DNA of 64,000 nucleotides from positions 256,001 to 320,000 of the forward strand of contig CAVYVF010000002.1 in NCBI GenBank assembly GCA_963771885.1, read 5' to 3'. A model generated the notes under the pieces. The model did no database searches and was not told where the DNA came from. It saw only the letters and a list, made by a program, of their open reading frames with translations. The translations under genes were made by a program, and so were the position numbers. The DNA comes from Candidatus Bathyarchaeota archaeon (lineage in GTDB: Archaea; Thermoproteota; Bathyarchaeia; TCS64). Numbering within the stretch: position 1 is the stretch's first letter; the number at the start of each line of letters is the position of its first letter. Below are positions 9,875 through 18,923 of the stretch, one piece after another.

Positions 9875-11047
9875 TTGGCGGATCAGAGACTCATCATTGA
9901 CGAGGGCGTGCTCGACATCAACTACATCCCACCCAGCCTCATACACAGGGAGGCTCAGCTACGCGTCCTGCGACTCACCTACGACTTCATGCTCTCCGCC
10001 CCCTATGAGATGAGTCAGAGGGCCATAATCGTCGGCGGCGTCGGCTCCGGGAAGACGGCCCTCGCCAGAGTCTTCGGCAAGGGGCTCAGGGACGAGGCGA
10101 AGAGAAAGCGGCTCAGGGTCGAGTACATACACGTCAATTGCAGGGAGCTACGCGGAAGCCTCTTCATGGTCCTTCGCAGGGTCGTAAAGACTCTGCGCCC
10201 CGAGTTCCCCGAGCGGGGATACGCCCCCAACGAGCTCATGGAGACACTCATGCAGCTCCTAGGCGAGGACAACGGGCAACTCCTCCTCTGCCTCGACGAG
10301 GTCGACGCCCTCATAGACACCGAGGGCAGCGATGCCCTCTACCAACTCACGCGCGTCCACGAGTCCCAGCCCGACGCTCCGAGGCGCCTCAGCCTCCTAC
10401 TAATCACGAAGGACCGCTCGGTCTTCGACAAGCTAGACAAGAGCACCCTCAGCAGCCTGCAGAGGAACCTCATCGAGATGCCCGAGTACTCGGTGCCGCA
10501 GCTCGGCGACATCGTCTCCGCGAGGGCGGAGGCCGCCTTCAGGAAAAGCGCTGTGCCCCTCGAGGTCGTCGACTTCATCGCGGAGCTCGCTTCCTCGGAG
10601 AACGGCGATGCGCGGTGCGCCATAGACCTACTCTGGGGGGCGGGTAAGAGGGCTGAGATGGAAGGCGCCACGCAGGTGAAGCCGGAGCACGTCCGCCAGG
10701 TCAGCCCCGGCATACTCTCCCCCGTCAAGAAGGAGGGACTCAACCACCTCAGCCTCCATGAGAGGCTCACACTCCTCGCCGTGGCGCGGTTCTTCCGCAC
10801 GAGCACCTCCCCCCACGCCACCACTGGGGAGGTCGAGCAGCTCTACAAGATAGCCTGCGAGGAGCGTGGAGAGAACCCACGCGCCCATACACAGTTCTGG
10901 AAGTACCTGGAGAGCCTTAAGAACACGGGGATAATCTCCTCCAAGGTCGACTCGGGCAGCCAGGGCCGCACACAGTTCATAACCCTCGGCAAGGTTACCG
11001 CCGAGGACCTAGAACGCGAGGTGCTCAAGGGCGTTGAGCAGAAGTAG
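9875..11047 (+). CDS. cdc6: Orc1/Cdc6 replication initiator
   Basis: YIPPSLIHRE, Walker A GGVGSGKT, YIHVNC, Walker B LCLDEVD, GDAR, C-terminal winged helix. Confidence 0.95.
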   Translation: MADQRLIIDEGVLDINYIPPSLIHREAQLRVLRLTYDFMLSAPYEMSQRAIIVGGVGSGKTALARVFGKGLRDEAKRKRLRVEYIHVNCRELRGSLFMVLRRVVKTLRPEFPERGYAPNELMETLMQLLGEDNGQLLLCLDEVDALIDTEGSDALYQLTRVHESQPDAPRRLSLLLITKDRSVFDKLDKSTLSSLQRNLIEMPEYSVPQLGDIVSARAEAAFRKSAVPLEVVDFIAELASSENGDARCAIDLLWGAGKRAEMEGATQVKPEHVRQVSPGILSPVKKEGLNHLSLHERLTLLAVARFFRTSTSPHATTGEVEQLYKIACEERGENPRAHTQFWKYLESLKNTGIISSKVDSGSQGRTQFITLGKVTAEDLEREVLKGVEQK

Positions 11048-11327
11048 AACCCAGGCCGAGGAGCTCCTCGGCAGCCGGGGCAGGATAAGGACGCTCCAGG
11101 TCCTCGCGGAGAGTGGGGAACTCAATATAAGCGAGGTCAGCCGCCGCACGGGGCTCAACTACACGAGCGTCGAGAGGCACCTGTCTAAGCTGGCGAAGAT
11201 GGGTCTCGTCAAGGAGAAGCGCTACGGCAAGATCAGGATATTCCAGGCGATGTTCCAGACCCTCACGGTCAGGTTCGAGAGGGGTGGCTCGCTGGCGATG
11301 GAGCTGACCCAGCCACAGCCCGAGTAA
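11034..11327 (+). CDS. ArsR-like winged-helix protein overlapping cdc6 3' end
   Basis: GSRGRIRTL..ELNISEVSRRTGLNYTSVERHL..KRYGKIRIF. Confidence 0.8.
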   Translation: MSRSRTQAEELLGSRGRIRTLQVLAESGELNISEVSRRTGLNYTSVERHLSKLAKMGLVKEKRYGKIRIFQAMFQTLTVRFERGGSLAMELTQPQPE

Positions 11328-11442
11328 GGCGCATGTGCGACGAGTCCCGTTTCCTCCGTCGCCGCTACGTTTTCGGCTGTTTGGTTGTTTTGGGTTTGGG
11401 GTGTTTCTGGGTCGTTGGTGGCGGAGGTTTCGCCATCGGGGG

Positions 11443-12075
11443 TCACTTGACGTGGCTGCGGAACCAGTCGATCGATAGCTTGGCGACCTCCTCCAGCTTT
11501 CCAGGCTCCTCGAATAGGTGGGTTGCGCCTTCGACTATCTCTAGCCTCATCCCGGGCCTCATCATCCTCTGCGCCTCCCTGTTCAGCTGGAGCACCTCGG
11601 TGTCGAGGCCGCCGACTATTAGGAGCGTGGGAGCGCGTACCTTTGGGAGGCTCTTGCCCGCGAGGTCGGCTCTCCCTCCGCGGGAGACGATGGCAGCGAC
11701 GAGCTCCGGCTTCTCCGCGGCGGCTATCAGGGCGGCGGAAGCCCCAGTGCTGGAGCCGTAGTAGCCTATCTTGAGCGTGTGCCTGCGCCTGAGCCATCTG
11801 GCGGCGATGAGCATTCTAGTAGCGAGCAGGGTGACGTCGAATCTGTACTCCATCGTTATGGAATCGCGTTCCGCCTCATTCTCGGTGAGGAGGTCGACCA
11901 GCAGTGTTGCGAAGCCCGCCTCATTGAACTTCTTGGCGACCCATTTGTTCCTCGGGCTGTGCCTCCCGCTGCCGCTGCCGTGTGCGAAAAGTATTATGCC
12001 CTTGGCGTTGATTGGTTGTGAGTAATCCCCTATGAGCCTTATACCGTCGGACTCGATGGTTAATGACTCGCTCAA
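11443..12075 (-). CDS. Dienelactone hydrolase-like alpha/beta hydrolase
   Basis: FAHGSGSGRHSPRN, GSSTG, SRGGRADLA, GATHLFEEPG. Confidence 0.85.
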   Translation of the reverse strand: MSESLTIESDGIRLIGDYSQPINAKGIILFAHGSGSGRHSPRNKWVAKKFNEAGFATLLVDLLTENEAERDSITMEYRFDVTLLATRMLIAARWLRRRHTLKIGYYGSSTGASAALIAAAEKPELVAAIVSRGGRADLAGKSLPKVRAPTLLIVGGLDTEVLQLNREAQRMMRPGMRLEIVEGATHLFEEPGKLEEVAKLSIDWFRSHVK

Positions 12076-12695
12076 GCCTCGCCATCCCTGAGGATCTTCT
12101 GTGCTTCCTCGTCCTCGACCTGTGTGAAGTCTGAGTAGAACTGGCCTATGGCGAAGAAGGATGTAGGTTGAAGCACTGCTATGACCTCGTCCGCGTGGCG
12201 TTTTAGCTGCTGGACGGTGTCAGGTGGGGCGACGGGGACGGCGACGACGATTGAGGTGGGCTTCATCTCCCTTATGACCCTGAGCGCCATTATCATTGAC
12301 GCCCCCGTGGCGACGCCGTCGTCGACGACGATGACGGTCTTCCCCGCGAGGTCGATGGGTTTCTTGGTTTCCTTCAGCAGTTCAACCCTCTCGCGGGCTT
12401 CCCTCTGCTTCGTCTTCAGCTCCTCGTCTATGTAGTCCCGGGGGACAGTCCGGGCGAGCTCTGGGTTAAGGTAATGGTGATCGGGGCTCGCTGCGCCGAG
12501 AGCGAGTTCCGGGTTGCCGGGGTATCCGAGCTTCTTGATGACGACGATGTCGAGGGGTGCCCTGAGGTGCTTAGCGACCTCCCATGCGACAACGACGCCG
12601 CCCCGCGGGATTCCGATGATTATAATGTCCTTTCCCCGATACTTTTCGAGTGCTATGGCGAGTTTCTTCCCCGCGTCGCGCCTGTCCGAGAACAT
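12072..12695 (-). CDS. Phosphoribosyltransferase (COG1926-like)
   Basis: FSDRRDAG, PRGGV, VVDDGVATG, AIGQFY. Confidence 0.9.
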   Translation of the reverse strand: MFSDRRDAGKKLAIALEKYRGKDIIIIGIPRGGVVVAWEVAKHLRAPLDIVVIKKLGYPGNPELALGAASPDHHYLNPELARTVPRDYIDEELKTKQREARERVELLKETKKPIDLAGKTVIVVDDGVATGASMIMALRVIREMKPTSIVVAVPVAPPDTVQQLKRHADEVIAVLQPTSFFAIGQFYSDFTQVEDEEAQKILRDGEA

Positions 12696-12806
12696 CGTTC
12701 TGACCTCTGATTACCGGGTCGTAATCGGTGTACATCAATCCTTCCCACTTCGGGAGGGTGTAGGTATTTCCATCACGGTTCTCCATGATATCTCGGAGTA
12801 GCTTAC

Positions 12807-13271
12807 ATGAGCGTGTTCAGGACCGAGTACGACGTAAAGGCGAAGAAGGTCTGGCGGTGCCACGTGTGCAACGACATACACTTCGGCGCCGCGCCGCCAG
12901 TCATCTGCCCGACCTGCGGAGCACGCAGAGCCTTCGCTCTCGTCGACCGCGATGAGACGTTGAAGATTCTCGGGGAGAGAGGCGGATCCCTGGCGGACAC
13001 CGCCGCCATCATCGACACTTGGAAAAAGTTCGGCGACAACGGGGAGGAGTACAAACTCGTCGACGACGCTGAGATGGTACAGGGCCTTGCCGAGGGGGTC
13101 CTAAACAACCAGCAGGGACACGGTCTCAGGTACTGCCCGTGCAGGCTCGCCACCGGCGACTTCGACTCCGACCTCAAACTCATCTGCCCATGCAACTTCC
13201 AGGTTCAGAAGACCTGGGCCGAGAAGGGCGAGTGCTGGTGCGGGCTATTCGTGAGGAGGAACAAACAATGA
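12807..13271 (+). CDS. Rubredoxin-like domain fused to ferredoxin:thioredoxin reductase catalytic domain
   Basis: WRCHVC..CPTCG at N-terminus; YCPCR, ICPC, ECWCGLF FTR motifs. Confidence 0.85.
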   Translation: MSVFRTEYDVKAKKVWRCHVCNDIHFGAAPPVICPTCGARRAFALVDRDETLKILGERGGSLADTAAIIDTWKKFGDNGEEYKLVDDAEMVQGLAEGVLNNQQGHGLRYCPCRLATGDFDSDLKLICPCNFQVQKTWAEKGECWCGLFVRRNKQ

Positions 13272-13555
13272 GTGCAAATGACAGATTGATCTGGTTCAGC
13301 GGAAGGGAGTGTGTACACTGCAAGAGGATGCGCCCCGTCGTGGAGCAGTTAGAGGCTGAGACGGGGAAGAAGATAACGGAGCTCGAGGTCTGGCACAGCG
13401 AGGAGAACGCCAGCGTGATGAGGGGCTACGGCGACGCCATCAAGAAGGCGTGCGGAGGCGACCTCGGCGTCCCCGCGTTCTTCAACGAGAAGACGAAGAA
13501 TGCCGTCTGCGGGATGGCCACGCTGGAAAAGCTGAAGTCGTGGGCCGAGGGCTAA
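13268..13555 (+). CDS. Thioredoxin/glutaredoxin-like protein
   Basis: ECVHC, GVPAFFN; ATG overlaps FTR stop. Confidence 0.8.
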   Translation: MSANDRLIWFSGRECVHCKRMRPVVEQLEAETGKKITELEVWHSEENASVMRGYGDAIKKACGGDLGVPAFFNEKTKNAVCGMATLEKLKSWAEG

Positions 13556-14833
13556 ACGTCGGCGTCGTCCATCGAGATGAGCAGCAGCGCCGGGTCCTCT
13601 AGGTACCTTTTCAGAGCGTTCATGAACCGTCCCGCGTCGGCGCCGTCCATTATCCTGTGGTCGAAGGATAGGCTTAGGTGGAGGACCTTTCTGATTTTGA
13701 TCTCTCCATCGACGACCTTAGGTACATCGGCAATCCTTCCCGTCCCGAGTATGGCCGCCTCGGGGTAGTTGATTATCGGTGTGCCGTATGTGCCGCCGAA
13801 GACGCCGTAGTTCGTTATCGTGAACGTGCCGCCCTTCAGGTCGCCTAGGTCAACCTTTCGTGTACCAGCTAGTTCCGCGAGCTTCTCCACCTCCTGGGCG
13901 AGCTCGACTATGCTCTTCTGGTCGGCGCCCTTGATGACGGGGACGATGAGGCCGTCCTCGGTGGCGACGGCGAAGCCGATGTTGTAGTACTTCTTGATGA
14001 CGATCTCGTCGGCCTCCTCGTTGTAGGTGGAGTTGAGGACCGGGTTCTCCTTGAGCGCCTCGACTATCGCCTTTATGATGAAGGGCATGTAGGTGAGGCG
14101 AACCTTCTTCGTCTCGAGGAGTATCGCCTTCTTCCTCTCGCGCAGGGCGACGAGCTCGGTGACGTCAGCCTCGTCCATCGCCGTGACGTGTGCCGCCTTT
14201 GGTCTGGCTCTCGATCATCTTCTTCGCCACCGCCCTCCTGACGCCTCGGACTGGGCGCCTCTCGACGTAGCCGTAGATGTCGAACTTGGGGACGATCCTC
14301 GGCCTCTCCCTCGGCGCCTCTTTATGGCCCTTAACGTCCTCCTCGGTGATTCTCCCCTCGGGGCCTGTTCCCTTTACCTTGGAGAGGTCTACCCCGAGTT
14401 GTGCCGCTAACTGGCGGACGGCGGGTAGCGCGAGTACCGCGCCTCCGGCTGGCTCGGTTGCGGCAGCCGGTTGCGCCGGCGGTGCGGTGGGCGCTGCTTC
14501 AGGTGCCTCCGGTAGTTCACCCACAACCGAGACTGAGGGTTTCCTCATCTCGGGCGCGGGGACTGCCATGGCCTCGGGTGCAGATGCCGCCTCGCCCTCG
14601 GCGCCTATCGTGACTAGCACTTCGCCGACCTTGATGACGCCACCCTCGGGGTGGTATATCTTCAGTATCTTGCCCGCGGCAGGTGATGGCATCTCTACGA
14701 CTGCCTTATCCGTCTCCAGCTCGGCGAGGGACTGGTCACGCTTCACGATATCCCCCTCCTTCACGAGCCACTTCCTAACCTCCCCCTCAGTGATTCCCTC
14801 GCCGAGGTCCGGTAGCTTGAACTCTGTCACCAT
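13552..14833 (-). CDS. pdhC: 2-oxoacid dehydrogenase E2 dihydrolipoamide acyltransferase (frameshift near 14199)
   Basis: Lipoyl ETDKA, E3-binding GTGPEGRIT, catalytic FDHRIMDG; one extra base splits it into two ORFs. Confidence 0.9.
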
Positions 14834-14843
14834 TTCATTCGCC

Positions 14844-15822
14844 TCAGAACGCCATTACCCTCTTTATGCCCCTGTGGACCCTGTCGGGGTCGATGTAGTA
14901 AAAATGCTCCCCCTTGGGAAGGGGCACCGTTATGTCGGGGGCGGTCACCCTCTCCACCGGGGCCTTAAGGTGGAGAAGTGCCTTCTCGCATATAGTCGCA
15001 GCTATCTCAGCGCCTAGTCCGCATGTCTTTGGCGCCTCATGGACTACGACAGCTCTTCCCGTCTTCTTCACTGATGCTATGATTGTCTCGGTGTCCATGG
15101 GGGCGAGTGTGCGCAGGTCGATCACCTCGACGGATGTGCCGTCTTTCTCGACTTTAGAGATCGCCTCCTGAATGATCGGCATCATGGCGCCCCAGCCTAT
15201 TACCGTCACGTCCTTTCCCTCCTTTACCTTCCTCGCCTCTCCGAGTGGAATCGTGAACGCAGCCTCCTCGACCTCCTCCTTGATGAGGCGGTAGTTGCGG
15301 GTGGGCTCCAGGAAGACGACGGGGTCAGGGTCACGTATACTTGAAATCAGCAAGCCCCTTCGCCTCACGAGGCGTCGAGGGAACGACGACCTTTAAGCCG
15401 GGTATCTGGGTGAAGAGCGCCTCGGTACTCTCAGAGTGGTGCTCTAGCGCCTTGACGCCTGCTCCGTAGGGTGTGCGTAACACCATCGGCACCGTTATCC
15501 GCCCCCGCGAGCGGTTCCTCATCCTCGCCGCGTGGCAGATCAGCTGGTCGAGGGTGAAGTAGGAGAAGCCCATGAACTGTATCTCGGCGACGGGCTTGAG
15601 CCCGTTCATCGCCATACCGATTGCGGCTCCCGCTATGCAGGCTTCGGCGAGGGGCGTGTCAATGACCCTCGTGGGGCCAAACTTTTTTATGAGCCCGTCA
15701 GTGACCCTGAAGACTCCGCCGTCCACACCTACATCCTCGCCTAGGACGACGACGCTTGGGTCCGCTTCCATCTCGACGGCGAGGGCGTTTCCGATGGACT
15801 GGACCATGTTCATGACGACCAT
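14844..15822 (-). CDS. pdhB: 2-oxoacid dehydrogenase E1 beta (frameshift near 15356)
   Basis: GEDVG..GGVFR, DTPLAE, HHSES, DPVVFLEP, IDLRTL. Confidence 0.9.
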
Positions 15823-16907
15823 CAGTCGGCGCCTCCCAAGCTTAGGTCCTTCTTATGGAAGGCGAGTTGCTCCCTGAGCCGGGGCGGTATATCCTTGTAC
15901 GTGTAGTTGAACACATCGTCTATTGTTTGAGACGGTTGGCTCAGAGCCCGCTCCGACTCTTCCTCGACCTGCTTCGTCGCCTCCGCCACGGCAGTCTTCT
16001 CCATTTCCTCGCCCCATAGGCCCTTGCCTTCGAGGTATTTCCTGAACCTCTTTATCGGGTCACGCGTCTCCCACTGGAGGAGCTCCTCCTCGGTGCGATA
16101 ACGTGTCGCGTCGTCACTGGTTGTGTGGTCACCGAGGCGATAGGTATATGATTCTATGAGAGTCGGGCCTGAGCCCGCCCTCGCCCGCTCAACTGCCTTA
16201 CTTGCGGCGAGGTAGAGGGCTAGGACGTCGTTTCCGTCGACTAGTATCCCCGGGAAACCATATGCGATGGCTTTCTGCGCGATAGTCTTCGACGCAGTCT
16301 GCTGCGCCCTCGGCACGGATATGGCGTATTGGTTATTCTGGCAGATGAATATCGTCGGCGTCTTGAGGACGCCCGCAAGGTTGAGCCCCTCGTGGAAGCT
16401 GCCCTGCGAGGAGCCACCGTCGCCGAAGTAGGTCATGGCGATGGTATTCTCCCCCCTGTACTTTGAGGCGTAGCTGATCCCAACGGCGTGGGGTATCTGG
16501 TCACCCACTGGGACGATACCGGGCATCACAGTGACGCCGTCCGGGTACCTGTTACCCAACTCGTTCCCCGACCAGTAGAGGTAGAGGTTGTAGAGGGGTA
16601 CGCCCCTCCAGATTAGTGCAGTTAACTCCCTGAAGGCGGGGACGATCCAGTCGCCCTTCCCGAGTGCCATCGCGGGGCCTAGCTGGCTAGCCTCCTGCCC
16701 CTTACTCGGAGGATAAGCCCCCAACCTACCCTGCCTCTGAAGCTTCACTGCCTTATCGTCGGCAATACGGGCGGTGAGCATGGTCCGGTAAGCGCGCTTC
16801 AATAACTCCCCGTCAAGCTGGGGTTCGAGGGCTTTGTTGACATTTCCCTCGGCGTCGAGTACCTGGAGCATTTTCCCCTCAAGAGGGTTGTAGTCGTCGA
16901 ACAGCAT
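15822..16907 (-). CDS. pdhA: 2-oxoacid dehydrogenase E1 alpha (pyruvate or branched-chain)
   Basis: LQRQGR, GQEA, TPP motif GDG..NN, YRLGDHTTSDD. Confidence 0.92.
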   Translation of the reverse strand: MLFDDYNPLEGKMLQVLDAEGNVNKALEPQLDGELLKRAYRTMLTARIADDKAVKLQRQGRLGAYPPSKGQEASQLGPAMALGKGDWIVPAFRELTALIWRGVPLYNLYLYWSGNELGNRYPDGVTVMPGIVPVGDQIPHAVGISYASKYRGENTIAMTYFGDGGSSQGSFHEGLNLAGVLKTPTIFICQNNQYAISVPRAQQTASKTIAQKAIAYGFPGILVDGNDVLALYLAASKAVERARAGSGPTLIESYTYRLGDHTTSDDATRYRTEEELLQWETRDPIKRFRKYLEGKGLWGEEMEKTAVAEATKQVEEESERALSQPSQTIDDVFNYTYKDIPPRLREQLAFHKKDLSLGGAD

Positions 16908-16940
16908 CTGAACTCTGGTTTTTTTTAGGAACGTTTCGAC

Positions 16941-17714
16941 TTAAACGATGCCCTTTTTCAAGGTAGAAGCTGCGTCGTTAGCCATCCTTCCTTCAATTAT
17001 CCAGTCATCCTGTGCATAAACTGAGTCACACAGCCTTTCGGCGAGCTGCGCCTCTTCGGGGGTCAGGCTATCTTTGACAATGCGGGTGCCGAAACGTTTA
17101 CCGAGAAGGTCGACGAGTATCGGCTTCCACGCCTCCACATCTAGAACCGATAAATTTCCCGTCGGCGAGTACCTGCTTTTACGCCGTACTCCCTCGGGGT
17201 GAAGCAGGCTCTTCTCCAGTTTTTCCAGGTTCGCCGATAAGAGCAGCGTCGAGTGACTGAGAACCGTGTCTCTCGACAGGTACGAGGCCGCCCCCGATAC
17301 TTTGAGGCCGTCAAGGTATATGCCGTTCAGCTCGTCGATGCTCAGGCGGGCTATGCCGGATTGTTCGAGGCTTTGTAGCAGCAGGTTTGGGAGCAGCCGC
17401 GTCGCCTCTTTCATGTCCAGGGGCTTCGCCAGGGACTTCCGTGGATAGACTAGGCTTATATTGAGGTTTCCCTCGTCCTGATAGACGGCGCCGCCGCCGG
17501 AGATCCTTCGGCAGACCCTGATGCCGTTCTCGCGGCAGAAAGTTTGATCAACTTCAAGCCCGGGTGACTGCCCGCGGCCGATGACGACTGATGGCGGGTT
17601 GCTCCAGAGTCTAAGGGTCACACGGTTCAAGCAACTGTGTAAGAGGAGGGAGTGGTCTATGGCGAGACCGAGGTAAGGGTCGTCGGGATGATCCTGTATT
17701 ATGCGCCCCTCCAT
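16941..17714 (-). CDS. lplA: Lipoate-protein ligase A family
   Basis: RRISGGGAVYQD, KVSGAA; first gene of the pdh run. Confidence 0.85.
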   Translation of the reverse strand: MEGRIIQDHPDDPYLGLAIDHSLLLHSCLNRVTLRLWSNPPSVVIGRGQSPGLEVDQTFCRENGIRVCRRISGGGAVYQDEGNLNISLVYPRKSLAKPLDMKEATRLLPNLLLQSLEQSGIARLSIDELNGIYLDGLKVSGAASYLSRDTVLSHSTLLLSANLEKLEKSLLHPEGVRRKSRYSPTGNLSVLDVEAWKPILVDLLGKRFGTRIVKDSLTPEEAQLAERLCDSVYAQDDWIIEGRMANDAASTLKKGIV

Positions 17715-17807
17715 ATGCTCTCCCCTGTTTCCTTGGGGAAGCATGGGAGATAAGGCATGCCCGTGTCGCCAAGGTTCATCTTGTGGGCTTCCGTCCCCTC
17801 AGACGAG

Positions 17808-18923
17808 TTGAAGCTCCGATACAAGTTGTTGGTTGGTGTTGCCGCCGTGTTGCTCGCCGCTGGGGGTTGGGTTATCTGGGATAATCTCCCAAAGACTGGG
17901 AGCGGGGGCGTCGAGGTGGTAGCAAGCGGCCTAAGCGTGCCGTGGGCTATCGACTTCGCCCCGAATGGCGACCTCTACTTCACTGAGAGAGGCGGCAGGG
18001 TCTCCGTCATTAGAGGTGGCTCAGTTCAACTCTTAGCCAAGATACACGTCATAACGACATCGGAGGGCGGCCTACTCGGAATAGCACTCAGCCCCGACTT
18101 CGCCTCCACCCCGGACATATATCTCTACTACACCTACCAAGACGCGACGGGCGTCTGGAACCGAGTCGTCAGGATGCGTGAGGAGTCCGGGAGCCTCGCC
18201 CCGGAGGTCATAGTCATCGACAGGATACCCGGAGGCTCCATACACGACGGTGGCAGGATCAAGTTCGGCCCCGATGGCAAGCTCTACGTCACCTGTGGCG
18301 AGGCCGGCTCAGGGAGCAAGGCGCAGGACACGGGCAGCCTCGGTGGGAAACTACTTCGCATCAACCCGGACGGCTCAATTCCCGCCGATAATCCATTCCC
18401 CGGCTCCCCCGTCTGGAGCCTTGGCCACAGGAACCCGCAGGGTCTCGCGTGGGATGAGGAAGGCAACCTCTACGAGGCGGAGCACGGCCCCAGTGGGGAG
18501 AACGGGAACTATGCCCATGATGAAATCAACCGTATAGCCCCCGGCTCAAACTACGGCTGGCCCCGTATCATTGGCTACGAGACTACCCAAGGTCTCATAA
18601 CCCCCATCTATTCGACGGAGTCCAACACCTGGGCGCCATCCGGCTGCACCTTCGTGACAACGGATCGATACCCGGGGTGGAGAGGCGGCCTGCTCGTCGC
18701 TTGCCTCAGGGGCAAGGGCGTGAGGCTCCTCCGTCTGAACGCCGTGGGGGACGGCGTCGACTCCGTCACGACGATGCTCACGAATTATGGGCGCGTGAGG
18801 GAGGTCGTCGAGGGCCCCGACGGCTATATCTACTTCACGACGAGCAATCGGGACGGCAGAGGCATCCCAGCTGCTGACGACGACAAGATACTGAGAATAG
18901 CGACCGTCGACGGCGTTGGCTAG
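17808..18923 (+). CDS. PQQ-dependent aldose sugar dehydrogenase-like beta-propeller with N-terminal anchor
   Basis: PWAIDF, EGGLLG, HDGGRIKFGPDG, GHRNPQG, NYGWP, GRVR. Confidence 0.85.
   Translation: MKLRYKLLVGVAAVLLAAGGWVIWDNLPKTGSGGVEVVASGLSVPWAIDFAPNGDLYFTERGGRVSVIRGGSVQLLAKIHVITTSEGGLLGIALSPDFASTPDIYLYYTYQDATGVWNRVVRMREESGSLAPEVIVIDRIPGGSIHDGGRIKFGPDGKLYVTCGEAGSGSKAQDTGSLGGKLLRINPDGSIPADNPFPGSPVWSLGHRNPQGLAWDEEGNLYEAEHGPSGENGNYAHDEINRIAPGSNYGWPRIIGYETTQGLITPIYSTESNTWAPSGCTFVTTDRYPGWRGGLLVACLRGKGVRLLRLNAVGDGVDSVTTMLTNYGRVREVVEGPDGYIYFTTSNRDGRGIPAADDDKILRIATVDGVG

Noticed and set aside
9730..9875. Complete replication origin
   Set aside because: Only one ORB-like box and no unwinding element
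11328..11442. G/T-skewed spacer with small hairpin and ORF 11333-11761
   Set aside because: Consistent with termination between convergent genes; the ORF is antisense to the hydrolase
12705..12760. Short inverted repeats GATTAC/GTAATC and CCTTCCC/GGGAGGG
   Set aside because: Too short to distinguish from chance
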